A DNA stretch of 64,000 bases. Source: Macrostomum hystrix. Taxonomy: Eukaryota; Animalia; Platyhelminthes. The translations under genes and the position numbers were made by a program. The notes beneath the pieces were generated by a model. That model did not search any database. It was not told the origin of the DNA and worked only from the letters and a program-made list of their open reading frames with translations. The stretch is taken from the NCBI GenBank assembly GCA_950097015.1, contig CATNEN010000033.1, positions 4,340,001-4,404,000 of the forward strand, given 5' to 3'. The number at the start of each line of letters is the position of its first letter. Position 1 is the stretch's first letter. This document shows positions 44,051 to 56,924 of the stretch, in pieces.

Positions 44051-47000
44051 TCACATCGGCCCGAGCTTGCAGCCGACGCCGCAGCTTCTGGCGGAGCCGC
44101 CGCATGGCGGACTTCGTACATTCTGCACCCGAGCCGGGATGAACAGCAGGATGAATGTGGCGATGAGGATCAGGTAGGTGACGAAGAACAGCCGGTCCAG
44201 GACCCTGGCTAGAGTGCGCCACTCCATGGAAATCAGGTTGGCTGCGTCAGTGGCCTTCTTCTTGCCCAGAAACATGCGAATCAGCCGACTGATCTCTTGC
44301 AGGTCTTCTTCAACTTGCGATGGGCAGCTCAGCAGGAGGCCGATGTGGGGCGCCCGACGGCTGGCGTCGCTAACCGCCGTCCAGGCCTTGCGCAGTCCCA
44401 GGATGCCGCCGCTGCTGGCGCCACCGCCATGGTTCATTGAAGCCCCGGCTGGCTTAACCGCCATCTCGGCGATGCGAAAATTTTTACACCTTCCGCCGCC
44501 GCCACCGTGGCCGCCGCCAGAGGAGCAACCGGAGGGTCCGGCAACGTTTAACGAGGCCGCCATCTGCGTCGAGACCGGCGCCGCTGTCGCTCCCATCGTC
44601 GCAGCCGACGCCGCGGCGCCACCCATCAGAGACTCGGAGCTGTCGCGCCGCTGGACGGGGTCGTTGGGCGGCGGAGCTCGGCAACGAACCAGCAGCAGGC
44701 AGCCCAGGCCTTCAATCATTATCTGAGTGTACAACAGTTGACTCTTGGATTGTAATATGCTCATAGTTATATTAGTGACAGTCAGCCCGCAGCCATCGAA
44801 GAGGCAATTCTTTCTCATTGTCAAGCAGCGCACACACCCACACACACAAACTCTAAGCGTTCTCGCCCAAGGTCCGCCTTAGCTTTTTCCAATCCATCAT
44901 CTTTTTCATCCGTTTTTTCGATTTCGCTCGCATGCTGTACTATTCGTTCTGTCTCTAAATCATATGGCTAGGATCTATAGACAGGTGAGACGCCCGTCAA
45001 CAGAAAAAAGATTTTCTATCTCTAAAGGAGATTCTAGTGCAGTCTACGCATGACAAACGCGAGATGAAACAGGCAGCGAACTTGAGTAGAGGCGGGGATA
45101 ATGATCCCTCATCAGCCTGGTCCGGCACCCGCTGAGTTCGGGCGAACATTTCTCTCCCTTTGTGGCCACTGTCGGGACTAATGAAGAGCCGGAGCACACT
45201 GCTCATGGTTTGAGCATGCTGGGCCGGTCGGTGATTAAAAAATCGATGACACACGCAAGGCTGGGACCTGGCGGTGGCTCAGTTCAGGTTGCTAAAAATG
45301 CTGGACGGCCGGGCCGGCAGCTCAGCGCATGATTCCGGCCTAATTCCTCTTTATGCTTTCAAATTCCCGTTTCCAGCCCCCCCATTTCACTCTTTGCCAC
45401 CTTCTCATCCCTCGTCCATTTCACTTTTCCCTGTCTGTCCGAGGCAGCCGCAGTGAACAGCTGGGATGGCTTCTACGATTCTCTCCCATCGCGACAAAAT
45501 TCTTTGAAGTCCCGCAGAGTGGGGATTCTGCGGCACTGGGGTTGGGGGCGTCCGAGCCGGATGGGCAGAAGGGGGTATGGGGCTGATGGGAAGTGGCAAA
45601 ACTGCCGCCCAAAGACCCCTGGGGCGATCGGACAGGCAGGAAGCAGGTGTCGGCTGTAATTCACTTTCCACGGATGGAGCAGATAGGGACGGAGGGGATT
45701 CAGATGCCAAAGCAGGAGGAGGTGTGTCTGGGGATATGGGAAAACACGGTGGCAATGATCCGGTCACTCCATGCGGAGCCCCCGAGATGACGGGAAATGC
45801 TCCCCCAGGTCCAATTTCCCCGCTGGCTCATTGAGTTCCGCATCCTCCGCGCTGTCGCTCACTTTCCCATCCCATTTAGGGATTCTGCTCTACATTGTGG
45901 CCTGACCCCCGGCAGGGAGCAGGGGAATCCGGGTGAGAATCGAGGCGGGAATGATGCGGGCTCGAGGATTTGGACTTCCCCGGATGCGGCTGGGACGGGC
46001 GGGAGGCGGGAAGCCCGGCGGAGTGAAAGTTCTGGCCACTGAATGGCGTCGACTCACGCGCCTGAGCAGCGGCGGCATCGGGCCGCTTTTGTCGCCGTTA
46101 AAGTGCAGATTCACAATGATGGTCACCAGGAATGTGGACAGGGTGATGATGCCCATGTTCACGCAGTAGTAGCGCCCTGTGGCGATACAGAAAAGTACAT
46201 TAGAATTCTTATTCGTATGTTGAATTCTCGAAATTGTTAGAAATATTCTCACCAATCAAGGGAAAAGTTTCCACAGCGCTGGGGATCAGCTCAGCCAGCA
46301 GGAGCAGCAGAATGAAGAACGCCACGAAGATGTTCATGCCTAAACCGAAGGCGCAAAGCGAATTTGGTTTCTTAGAAATCCTTTCTAGCGGGTCGTTGAG
46401 TATAGGGGAGCGTGTTTACATGCCCGGGTACTGCTGTGGGCCAGGGGTTGGAGAGAGGATTGTGAACCTGGGCAGTGTCGGTTGGTCATTGCGGACCGGG
46501 AATTTTTTTACTATTGGAGTCTCTGCGGGTCATTATGGTGAGTTTCGGCAGCCTCACCCAGTAGCATCTTGGCGGGCGCCTCAGGCGGCAGGCAGAAGAC
46601 CACCAGGGTGAGCATGGACAGCAGGATGCAGGGCACCACCAGGATGGCCACGTAGAAGGAAGGATTGCGCATCATGCGGATGCGGTACTCCAGCAGCCGG
46701 AACTTCTTCTGAACCGGCCGGCCCTGCCAGTCGTGCGCCGGCTCGTGCCGGTAGGTGACGCCGCTGCGGATCTGCAGGATTCGATCGTCGGGATCGGCCA
46801 CGTCCATCTCCCGCTCGCCGTCCGTCTCCCATTCGTTGCTTTCCACGTAGTCGCTGAAGTCAACGAACGGCAGCAGCTTCTGGATGGAGAAGGTGTCGTT
46901 GAGCCTGAGGTCTGTCATGGACCAGTCTAGAAGCAGCTGACGTTCGTCGTAGGTCCAGGAGCCAAAACGGATGCAGCAGAGCTGGAGAAAAAATGTTTAG

Positions 47001-49552
47001 GATGTGAAGAGTACTATTTTTACACCCTTTTCCATTGCTCACAGAACATGGACTAGCTCACAATCTTACCTGGGTATCGAACGGAAAGTGCATGATGGTG
47101 ACCTGGCAGGTGGTCTTAAGCAGAGCCTGTGGTATCCAAAGTACGTCTCCGCTGCGGTCCACAACGATTCGGGCTTCCCTGACCTCCATTGTTCTCTCAT
47201 CGGCGCTGAAGGAAAAAATCGAATAATTTTCTCGCACAGATTCGCAGGAGGACAGATTGACAACTGAGTTCTCTACGGCAGTCAATAGGCCTTACAAATT
47301 GTACAGCTTAATATCCGGTGTCCAGATTTGCGACGGCGCCACGCGGATCTGCTTGATGGCGCGGAACTCCGGCTCAGTCCAGTTCTCCCAGGACAGCAGG
47401 TTGTCGCGCCAGGTCTGTGGCAAAATGTACAGTGTCAAAATGTACATAGCCCTGACCAATCAAAATCTGCCCTCAATATTTTTTGTTGATGTCAGTCACG
47501 CGATCGGCTTGTGGTTGTTTTAAGAGGGTGATTCCTGACGAGTTGTTCTAAAAATAGCAACAATTGGAACTGCTTTTTACAGGAGTTGGTACACTCGCCA
47601 ATTGCTCAATCCATAGGGAGTACCCGCTATTTTTCCCCTGGGGAAAGACTACGGGATATTTCAAATACCCACTTCCTACTTCACGACAGCTCTCAAACCA
47701 AATAACCGATTTTTGTGAAAGTCCTCCATATGGATCAAATTTTCCGCATTACGATGCAACTTTCAAAGCCGTCCGACGTCAGCATCGTCGAGATATTCAG
47801 CGATTCCTGTCGAAAACAATCTTGACCCTGGGGACAAGGACATTGTTCTGTGTAAACCTCTGCGGCAAATCCGTATTGGTTCAATAATATGAGTCCATCT
47901 GCCGTAGAGACCTTTGTTCTTAGCATCCCAGGCACCAGGTTCTGACTGAAGACAGCACACAGAAGAGGATTATTCCATTTTAACTTTGGAAACGCAGCGC
48001 AGTCTTAGATGCCGATCGGCTGCCTTTGTTGAAGGTCCCGACAGTCGCTCCTAATGCTCCAGACGGTGATGTAGGGAAAACTGGTGACTGTGATGCTGAG
48101 AACAAAGGCCCTGTGACTGATTGATATTGTTTGTAGAGCCGACAAGGTTTCATGTCTATATTGGTGGTTTTCGCCTTTCGACAAGCGAACAAGAATCTCG
48201 AAAATGTTTTGTGATCCTGGGAGTTGTTTCATCGGATAGAGCGGAAAAATTTTAGCCCGTGTTCTGCCGATTTTCATGGCGATCGGTTGAATATTTTGGG
48301 ACGTTCAGAAAAAAGATGTATTTGAAATACCCTTCAGCTAAACGTGCACGGTGTACATTCGCTTGAACTCACGAATCTCAGCCAGCAGTTGGTCCGCAGC
48401 ATCTGCTTGTTTTCCTCCAGGTCCAGGATCTGGATAAGCGCCAGGCCCAGGCGGACTGTCATCACGTCGGAGCTGTTGATGACCGGCCTGCCGACAATGC
48501 CCCACTGAGCGTACTTGCCCAGCAGCTTGCTGGTGAGTCTTTTCTCCACCGGCCAGCGGTGCTCATTCTGCGCCCCTCGCTCCTGCTCATCACGGTCGAG
48601 GCGCCAGTTGAGCTCGGAACCGCTGCCGACGGAGGCACAGTCTGCGACGGTGGGTAGTTTGATGCGAACTATTGACACCAATCAGTTAAACTGCCGTCCA
48701 CGAGCAGTTTAATGACTCTGGAGACTACAGAGACCTCGAGTTTTCACCCAATACCTTCGAGCTAAAAACTAAAGACGATAAAATGAAAGACTCGAGCGAA
48801 AACTGTACAGCCTGAAAGTGTCCCAAGAGGTGCAGGAGATGAAACCCTGGACTGAGCCCGGGTGAAGAGTGAGAGAAAGAGAAGCCGCAGCGGGTATGAT
48901 AGAAATTTCGTTTGCCTCATTCAATAACGCTGGGCGGCGGGTTTCGCCACTTGAGGCGCTGTCCAGTTTTCAAGTCTTTCGCTACCATTTCTTCCTCTGT
49001 TGGCCTCTCGCGAAAGGAAAATTATCCCAATAGGCCTTCCCATTCCCCGTGTGCGCCCTTCCTGCTTCTCCACTTCACGGCTCTCACTTGGGATTTGATC
49101 GATGGAGAAGCCGGTCGTTGGGATTAAGAAAACAGTTTGTGAGGCCATTATTATTCTAGTCCAATGGGGCGTCGTCATGGAGACTCTGACAGTGCAGGGT
49201 CTGGGGTTACCGTATCTGGGGTTACCGTCAGCTAGACCGTCTGCTAGCTGAACTCAAATTCGCGGTCGGTTTTTCGGCTCGCCTTGCCAGAAATTTGCAT
49301 AACTGCTTCAGTCAGATAAAAGGTATCAAAATTTAAACGCTTCTCGGCCATAATTCACTTCACTTGACTTGGTCGGTACTCGAGGGAGTTTGGGATCGGT
49401 TTGCGCTAGGTATTTTTCCTACTGAATCTGGATGAGCACGGAATGAGGATGTTTTAATTATGAAAGGATTCCTAAAATTGTATAAAATTCAAGAGTAAGA
49501 AGCCCAAGCAGAACTCACACAGCAGGAGCAGCAGGGCAACACGGTGAAGCAT
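44051..49552 (-). CDS. Cys-loop nicotinic acetylcholine receptor-like subunit (non-alpha, predicted anion-selective), 8 exons, ~619 aa
   Basis: Exons 49552-49519, 48641-48373, 47414-47296, 47205-47070, 46981-46558, 46339-46253, 46176-46058, 44722-44051. Features: signal peptide MLHRVALLLLLYCASVG, WTPDIKLYN, Cys-loop C-x13-C (CQVTIMHFPFDTQLC), GSWTYD, M1-M3, and pre-M4 EWRTLARVLDR. There is no vicinal CC in loop C. Confidence 0.92.
44740..44835 (-). mobile_element. SINE family 1, degraded 3' fragment
   Basis: The reverse complement contains AGAATTGCCTCTTCGATGGCTGCGGGCTGACTGTCAC, matching the family 3' region. Confidence 0.45.
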
Positions 49553-50054
49553 GCTGGTGCTGGGCTTCCTCTTCGAGACTCGACCGGGCCCACCGACGAG
49601 TCGCAGAACACGCCGCTTGCTGCTTTTCATCCAGTTTGCTTCCATTGTTCAGCTTTCTGGGGTAAGGGCAGGGGAGGATGCGGCTCTGGGCGCGGCTCCC
49701 GACGAAGGGAGTGGCTGAGGGGAGCAGAGAAGGGAGAATCCTACCCAACTGCCTCTCCCTTCTCCCCGTTCCACCCTCGCGCGTCCCCAATGAGGGGAGC
49801 TGCTTCTTCTTTCCCGGCTCTTGTGTCCCCCCACCCACCTTCACCGCTGTCCAGTTCGTGGGGCAGGTTGCTGTGTAGCATTTGAATGAGCTACCTGTGC
49901 TGCTTGGCCATTGCTGGGCAAATGATCAAACTTGGGGACCTTGGATTTGGGGTGGGGCTGAAGCAGCAGGTGTACCGATTGCCCGATGCTTAACTCAACT
50001 TTTGTAAATCTAAAATTGCTAAATTTCTCGCTTCTTGGTTTGTTTTAGAGATTG

Positions 50055-51975
50055 AAATGCAGAAGCAGCCAGGGTGACATGCAGCACCAAGAGTGACATG
50101 CAGAACCAAGAGTGACATGCAGCACCAAGAGTGACATGCAGAACCAAGAGTGACATGCAGCACCAAGAGTGACATGCAGCACCAAGAGTGACATGCAGCA
50201 CCAAGAGTGACATGCAGCACCAAGAGTGACATGCAGAAGCAGCATGAGTGACATGCAGCAGCAAGAGTGACATGCAGAAGCAGCAAGAGCGACATGCAAA
50301 AGCAGCAAGAGCGACGTGCAAAAGCACCAAGAGTGACATGCAGAACCAAGAGTGACATGCAGCACCAAGAGTGACATGCAAAAGCAGCAAGAGTGACATG
50401 CAGCACCAAGAGTGACATGCAGAAGCAGCATGAGTGACATGCAGCAGCAAGAGTGACATGCAGAAGCAGCATGAGTGACATGCAGCAGCAAGAGTGACAT
50501 GCAGAAGCATCAAGAGTGACATGCAGAAGCAGCAAGAGCGACATGAAGAAGCACTAAGGGTGACATGCAGAAGCAGCAAGAGCGACATGCAAAAGCAGCA
50601 AGAGTGACATGCAGTACCAAGAGTGACATGCAGAACCAAGAGTGACATGCAGCACCAAGAGTGACATGCAGCACCAAGAGTGACATGCAGAAGCAGCATG
50701 AGTGACATGCAGCAGCAAGAGTGACATGCAGAAGCAGCATGAGTGACATGCAGCAGCAAGAGTGACATGCAGAAGCATCAAGAGTGACATGCAGAAGCAG
50801 CAAGAGCGACATGAAGAAGCACTAAGGGTGACATGCAGAAGCAGCAAGAGCGACATGCAAAAGCAGCAAGAGTGACATGCAGCACCAAGAGTGACATGCA
50901 GAAGCAGCAAGAGTGACATGCAGCACCAAGAGTGACATGCAGCACCAAGAGTGACATGCAGAAGCAGCATAAGTGACATGCAGCAGCAAGAGTGACATGC
51001 AGAAGCATCAAGAGTGACATGCAGCACCAAGAGTGACATGCAGAAGCAGCATGAGTGACATGCAGCAGCAAGAGTGACATGCAGAAGCATCAAGAGTGAC
51101 ATGCAGCAGCAAGAGTGACATGCAGAAGCACCAAGTGTGACACGCAGAAGCAGCAAGAGTGACATGCAGCAGCAAGAGTGACATGCAGAAGCAGCAAAAG
51201 TGACATGCAGAAGCAGCAAGAGCGACATGCAAAAGCAGCAAGAGTGACATGCAGAAGCACCAAGAGTGACATGCAGCACCAAGAGTGACATGCAGCACCA
51301 AGAGTGACATGCAGCACCAAGAGTGACATGCAGCACCAAGAGTGACATGCAGAACCAAGAGTGACATGCAGCACCAAGAGTGACATGCAGAACCAAGAGT
51401 GACATGCAGCACCAAGAGTGACATGCAGCACCAAGAGTGACATGCAGCACCAAGAGTGACATGCAGAAGCAGCATGAGTGACATGCAGCACCAAGAGTGA
51501 CATGCAGCACCAAGAGTGACATGCAGAAGCAGCATGAGTGACATGCAGCAGCAAGAGTGACATGCAGAAGCATCAAGAGTGACATGCAGAAGCATCAAGA
51601 GTGACATGCAGCAGCAAGAGTGACATGCAGAAGCACCAAGAGTGACATGCAGAAGCAGCAAGAGCGACATGAAGAAGCACCAAGAGTGACATGAAGAAGC
51701 ACCAAGAGTGACATGCAGAAGCAGCAAGAGCGACATGCAAAAGCAGCAAGAGCGACATGCAAAAGCAGCAAGAGCGACATGCAAAAGCAGCAAGAGCGAC
51801 ATGCAAAAGCAGCAAGAGTGACATGCAGCACCAAGAGTGACATGCAGCACCAAGAGTGACATGCAGAAGCAGCATGAGTGACATGCAGCAGCAAGAGTGA
51901 CATGCAGAAGCAGCCAGAGTGACATGCAGAAGCAGCAAAAGTGGCATGCAGAAGCAGCCAGAGTGGCATGCAGAT
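50055..51975. repeat. Mixed 19/22-bp minisatellite
   Basis: GAGTGACATGCAGCACCAA and GAGTGACATGCAGAAGCAGCAA variants, with a 268-bp duplication of the pattern (50551 vs 50819). Confidence 0.95.
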
Positions 51976-53059
51976 ACAAGAGTGACCTCGAGAGTGGCAT
52001 GCAGTTAGAGTGAAAATTCTAGCCCGGGGATTTCCAGAGGCCAGTAAGCAAGCAAAATGGAAGCAATGAGCAAAAGGTGAACTCAGTGCAGCCAGGAGAT
52101 CGAGAGTGAGTGGCACAGAGTGACGGTGGGGGAGGGTGGGCGGTGTGGCCACTCGCGCGCTGAGGCGTAACTCGGGAAAATTAAATGCAGCGAGTCGCTG
52201 ACCAGCAGCAGAAAGAGGAAGGGGAGAAAGCGAACGGAGGGGAAGTCTGAGAGAGGAGTTCCCCCGGCTAACGAACTCTGTGAGGGTAGCAGCTCACGCA
52301 TGGGACAGGTCTGGGCAGTGAGGCTGACAGCATCTATAGTGTGACTTCTCAGTAGCGGCGCCTGATCAAGTTAACTTGGGCCGAACGGAGCAGGCAAGAA
52401 AGAAAAAAACACGACAAATCAGGGGGCTCATTGTGACTACGAAATCGGATTTCTTGGAGGCGTAGATTTTCCAATGAGCTGCTCAAAAGTTCATCAAGAA
52501 ACAGCATCAGAGTTGAAATGAGCATTCAGAGCGCAGGTGTGGCTGAGCAAGAGTGCTCTAACATAGGCTCACTTTTTAGCTTGCGATCCGGAGCGGATTA
52601 CCGCTGGCGGCGGGGGGTGGCTGTGGCGGATTATCCGCACTCCGGGACTCCAGCAGCCTCATCAATAATCTAAGACACACTGCGGGTCCGGGCAGCTAGG
52701 AGCTGGGGAAGTGGCCACTCAAGTCGCAGCTGACACTGCAGGGTAGGCAGGCAGTGCTGCTAGGTGGCCTGAACTGTCATGTAAAACTGATTTGCCATTT
52801 ATAAGGGAGGCGAGAAAGGGAGAGAAATTGAGATAGGGAGCTCAGGAGGGCTGATGAGACAAGTGAGCTAGAAATCAATTCTTATAAATGTAATTTTTAA
52901 TTGGGTGACACTATTATTTCTATTATTATTAAAATTATTTCTTTCATTAAGTAGGAAATTAATTAACAAATAGATATTGGCCAGAAAAACAAGAGTTTTT
53001 CATATTTTCCCAATATGAAAAACATTGGGAAAATCAGCCAGTGTAAACTTCACTCTCAC

Positions 53060-53690
53060 TGAGATTGAGATGAGATTGAGACAGAGAGATGGTGAGATTG
53101 AGATGAGATTGAGACTGAGAGATGGTGAGATTGAGATGAGATTGAGACTGAGAGATGGTGAGATTGAGATGAGATTGAGACTGAGAGATGGTGAGATTGA
53201 GACTGAGAGACCATGAGATTAAGAATGAAAGATGATGAGATTGAGACTGAGAGAGGATGAGATTGAGACAGAGAGATGAGATTGAGACTGAGAGATGGTG
53301 AGATTGAGATGAGATTGAGACTGAGAGATGGTGAGATTGAGATGAGATTGAGACTGAGAGATGGTGAGATTGAGATGAGATTGAGACTGAGAGATGGTGA
53401 GATTGAGATGAGATTGAGACTGAGAGATGGTGAGATTGAGATGAGATTGAGACTGAGAGACCATGAGATTAAGAATGAAAGATGATGAGATTGAGACTGA
53501 GAGACCATGAGATTAAGAATGAAAGATGATGAGATTGAGACTGAGAGAGGATGAGATTGAGACAGAGAGATGAGATTGAGACTGAGAGATCATGAGATTG
53601 AGACTGAGAGATCATGAGATTGAGACTGAGAGATCATGAGATTGAGACTGAGAGATGAGATTGAGACAGAGAGATAAGATTGAGACGGAG
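53060..53690. repeat. 33-bp GA-rich repeat
   Basis: GAGATTGAGATGAGATTGAGACTGAGAGATGGT and derivatives. Confidence 0.9.
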
Positions 53691-54906
53691 GGGTGAGTTA
53701 TTGATGAGTTGAGTTGGCTGTAGGTTCGGCAAGTTTTAGGGTGTTTTAAGGGCCGCATTAAGTTGAATTCCTATTTTCAGGCATTCTTTTGTTCCAATTT
53801 TGACTTGTTCAAAAAGCGGCTCAAAAAAACTTCAATTTCCGGGGCAGAGTGCTGTCTGCTGTCAAAAAATCCATTTCGCAAATCGAATTTCTCCCTCCTC
53901 CTGCCTTGCCCTCTGTCTCTTTGTGTGAACGGGCCGAAACGCTGAGCTGAGCTTGGCCCAAAATGGGCAGCCGCGGAATTTGATATTGCTGGGGAGCGCG
54001 CCAGGAGCAGAGGCGAAGGCGGAGGGTGGGTGGGTGGCTGGATTAGCAAACTTCTCAGGTTAAGCTAGCACGGGGAGCATGTGTAAGCGCGCGTGTAAAA
54101 TAAAGACATAGGGGAGATGCTACAGCACGGGAACCCGGGTGTACACATGATTTTGTCAGACTCCCAAACGAGGAGGCAAATCATTTTTGAACTGTCCTCT
54201 GCTTTGTAACAATCGCCATCTAGCTTAATTCTTACCGTACTAAGCTTAGTGTATAAAAAATAGAATAGCTGCTCTTCTCAGCCATTCTCAGTTTAATCCC
54301 AACCAATTTCTCCTACAAACTGCTCACCGGAGGTCGCGAAGACTAATTTAACGGCGGCAGAGCCCCTTAGCAACTAGTTTGGTCAGCCACCCACCGGAAA
54401 ACTAATTAGGCATTGCAAACTTTCAAAGCTTAGTGTGCAAGATTCATTGGGACTCCAGAGGCTTGGGAAGCGGGACTGAGCGGGATCCCCCCAGGACAGG
54501 AGGAGCGGGTCAGTCCATCACCCCCCCGATGCACTTTTCATCCATTCCGCCACTAAAAGTTGACTCCACAAATCCGAATTGGCTTTTATCCCAGAATTTT
54601 ATAAGCAACCATATTTTCAGCAATAGAAAAACCGACGTTCAAAAAATCATTGGTTGATCTTAATGTACGAGTAAAAAAGCAATATTCTAATCTGATTTTA
54701 AAATAATATATTTGCAGCAAGGAATCATTAGTAGTATTATTTCTCATCATTTTTGTCGTCAAGACTTGTCTAAAAAATTATGAATAATGAAAAAGAACTG
54801 CAAAATACATTGGACAGCATGATAAAGATATGAGACAAGCAGATTGGTAGCAATGGCCAAGCTCGATTCTTACTGATAACTGTACAGAATATTTACCTAT
54901 CTTAGA

Positions 54907-55020
54907 CTGTCCCAGAATGTTCAGAGACAGTCTCAGAATGTTCAGAGACAGTCCCAGAATGTTCAGAGACAGTCCCAGAATGTTCAGAGACAGTCCCTGA
55001 ATGTTCAGACTCCCAGAACA
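54907..55020. repeat. 21-bp tandem repeat, ~5 copies
   Basis: CAGTCCCAGAATGTTCAGAGA. Confidence 0.8.
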
Positions 55021-55041
55021 GTTTTCAAACTTTTTAAAATC

Positions 55042-56385
55042 TTAAACAGTTTCCGCGGGAGCGGGTAGAGCCGACGCCGACATGGGCGCGGCGCCGGGCT
55101 CGCCGTCGGTTGCAATGGCAACGGAATCCGCCGGCCGGGCCGAGCGCACAGTCAGCAGCAGCGGCGGATGCGCCGGATGCGGACGCCGCCGGGTGCGCAG
55201 GCGGCTGTGGAGGCTGAGGCCGATGAAGAGCAGCAGCGCGATGAAGGCCAGCAGGCCGGCCAGGCCGGCAATGGACAGGCCTGCCAGGTAGCAGCAAGTG
55301 TGCAGTCCGTGCCAGAGCGCGGCGGCAAGGAGCACGGAGGCCAGCAGGGCTGCCAGGAGCGACAGGAAGGCCAGGCTGAAGACCAGGCGTGGCGCGGTGC
55401 TGCATAGGGAGACCCGAGGACAGGACAGGCCCTTGTAGCGGCTGCGCCAGTCTGCACTCGGGGACGCGAGAAGTTCGGGTTTAGAACCGAGATTGGCGAG
55501 CAGTCTGTGCGATGTACACGTAACCATGGCAACCTGCTTAGTGAAGCCTAATTTCCGGAGATTGATCTGAAGCAATCTACTGAGCCTGATGTTGATTGGC
55601 GGAAGCCCAATGTACATGTATACTGAGCCTGATGTTGATTGGCGGAAGCCCAATGTACATGTATACTGAGCCTGATGTTGATTGGCGGAAGCCCAATGTA
55701 CATGTATACTGAGCCTGATGTTGATTGGCGGAAGCCCAATGTACATGTATACTGAGCCTGATGTTGATTGGCGGAAGCCCAATGTACATGTATACTGAGC
55801 CTGATGTTGATTGGCGGAAGCCCAATGTACATGTATACTGAGCCTGATGTTGATTGGCGGAAGCCCAATGTACATGTATACTGAGCCTGATGTTGATTGG
55901 CGGAAGCCCAATGTACATGTATACTGAGCCTGATGTTGATTGGCGGAAGCCCAATGTACATGTATACTGAGCCTGATGTTGATTGGCGGAAGCCCAATGT
56001 ACATGTATACTGAGCCTGATGTTGATTGGCGGAAGCCCAATGTACATGTATACTGAGCCTGATGTTGATTGGCGGAAGCCCAATGTACATGTATACTGAG
56101 CCTGATGTTGATTGGCGGAAGCCCAATGTACATGTATACTGAGCCTGATGTTGATGATGTTAGCCAGTCGCGGAGAGAAGGCCTTATAGGGGCTTGTCGC
56201 GCAATTTAGCAATCACCAAGGCACAGTGAATATAAACTGCCAGACGATGAGAAATTTTAAGCAGATTAACGCACCTGTGCGAGTGTGAACTCATCCGGAA
56301 TGGCCGAATCGAACTTACCCTCAGTTTTAGTCTCGGGTTGCAGGTGCAGCAGGGCTGGTCCGAAGTACCTGTGCGCCAGTAGCAT
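55042..56385 (-). CDS. Uncharacterised small protein with two predicted TM segments, 2 exons, 158 aa
   Basis: Exon 56385-56319 (ATG...GAG G|GTAAGT) joins exon 55451-55042 in phase 1. Two long hydrophobic stretches (LVFSLAFLSLLAALLASVLLAAAL; LAGLSIAGLAGLLAFIALLLFIGL) are present with GC-rich coding-like composition. No family recognised. Confidence 0.6.
55580..56155. repeat. Perfect 43-bp tandem repeat, ~13 copies
   Basis: TGAGCCTGATGTTGATTGGCGGAAGCCCAATGTACATGTATAC. Confidence 0.95.
56168..56290 (+). mobile_element. SINE family 1, internal fragment
   Basis: GCGGAGAGAAGGC...GGGGCTTGTCGCGCAATTT...CAAGGCACAGTG...GCACCTGTGCGAGTGTG. Confidence 0.6.
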
Positions 56386-56549
56386 GTTTCGCTTGTTTAT
56401 TAATTTCTTCAAACCGGAAAGAAGTGCGAATAAATCCCGCCGAGTCCCTAATTAAAAGACGGCTGGTCTGGCTCTGATGAAACTGGGAATTAGAAAACCC
56501 CCATAGAACTGAGCATGAATAGATAGCAAGCGGCTCATTGTAAATAATT

Positions 56550-56563
56550 GATTCCTTAGCAAC
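56550..56563 (-). promoter_or_regulatory. Candidate RFX X-box upstream of the 2-TM gene
   Basis: The minus strand reads GTTGCTAAGGAATC, ~165 nt upstream of ATG 56385. A second, consensus-matching X-box GTAACCATGGCAAC lies at 55520-55533. Confidence 0.4.
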
Positions 56564-56924
56564 CTAACCGTCGCTCGGCAGACTTAATTATTCAGCCGCT
56601 GTCCAATCCGTGAAATCCCGGAATATTTTTTGCACTCTTACAGCTGATGAACAGTTCTGATTGATTATTTGGTCAAGAACTGTCATTGGAAACTGCAAAA
56701 TAATCTGCCGAATTACCCGAAATTTGTAAAAAAAACTGATTGAGATATTGAGATTGCTGAATAACTTTATTTGTGCTCCTAATAATGCACTTTATTATTG
56801 AACTCAAATTGTCAACACAATATAGATAATTTGCCGAAAAGCTTGAGAAAATTTCAAAGCGAATTCAAACAAATCGGTTAAAAATGCTTCAATTGACACA
56901 TGATTAGTTAACTCAATTGTTAAC

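Noticed and set aside
44990-46050. GC-rich ORFs in nAChR intron 7 as nested gene or extra exons
   Set aside because: No recognisable domain or consistent splice phases, and exon 7 joins exon 8 cleanly (PLLRR|IMIEGLG).
49990-52152. Cys/His-rich ORFs resembling metallothionein or keratin-associated proteins
   Set aside because: All frames of one 19/22-bp minisatellite give shifting versions of the same peptide, with no splice or start context.
55580-56155. CRISPR-like appearance of palindromic repeats (also 25932-26555 and 24205-24940)
   Set aside because: Units are directly adjacent with no unique spacers, there are no cas genes, and the context is eukaryotic and intronic.
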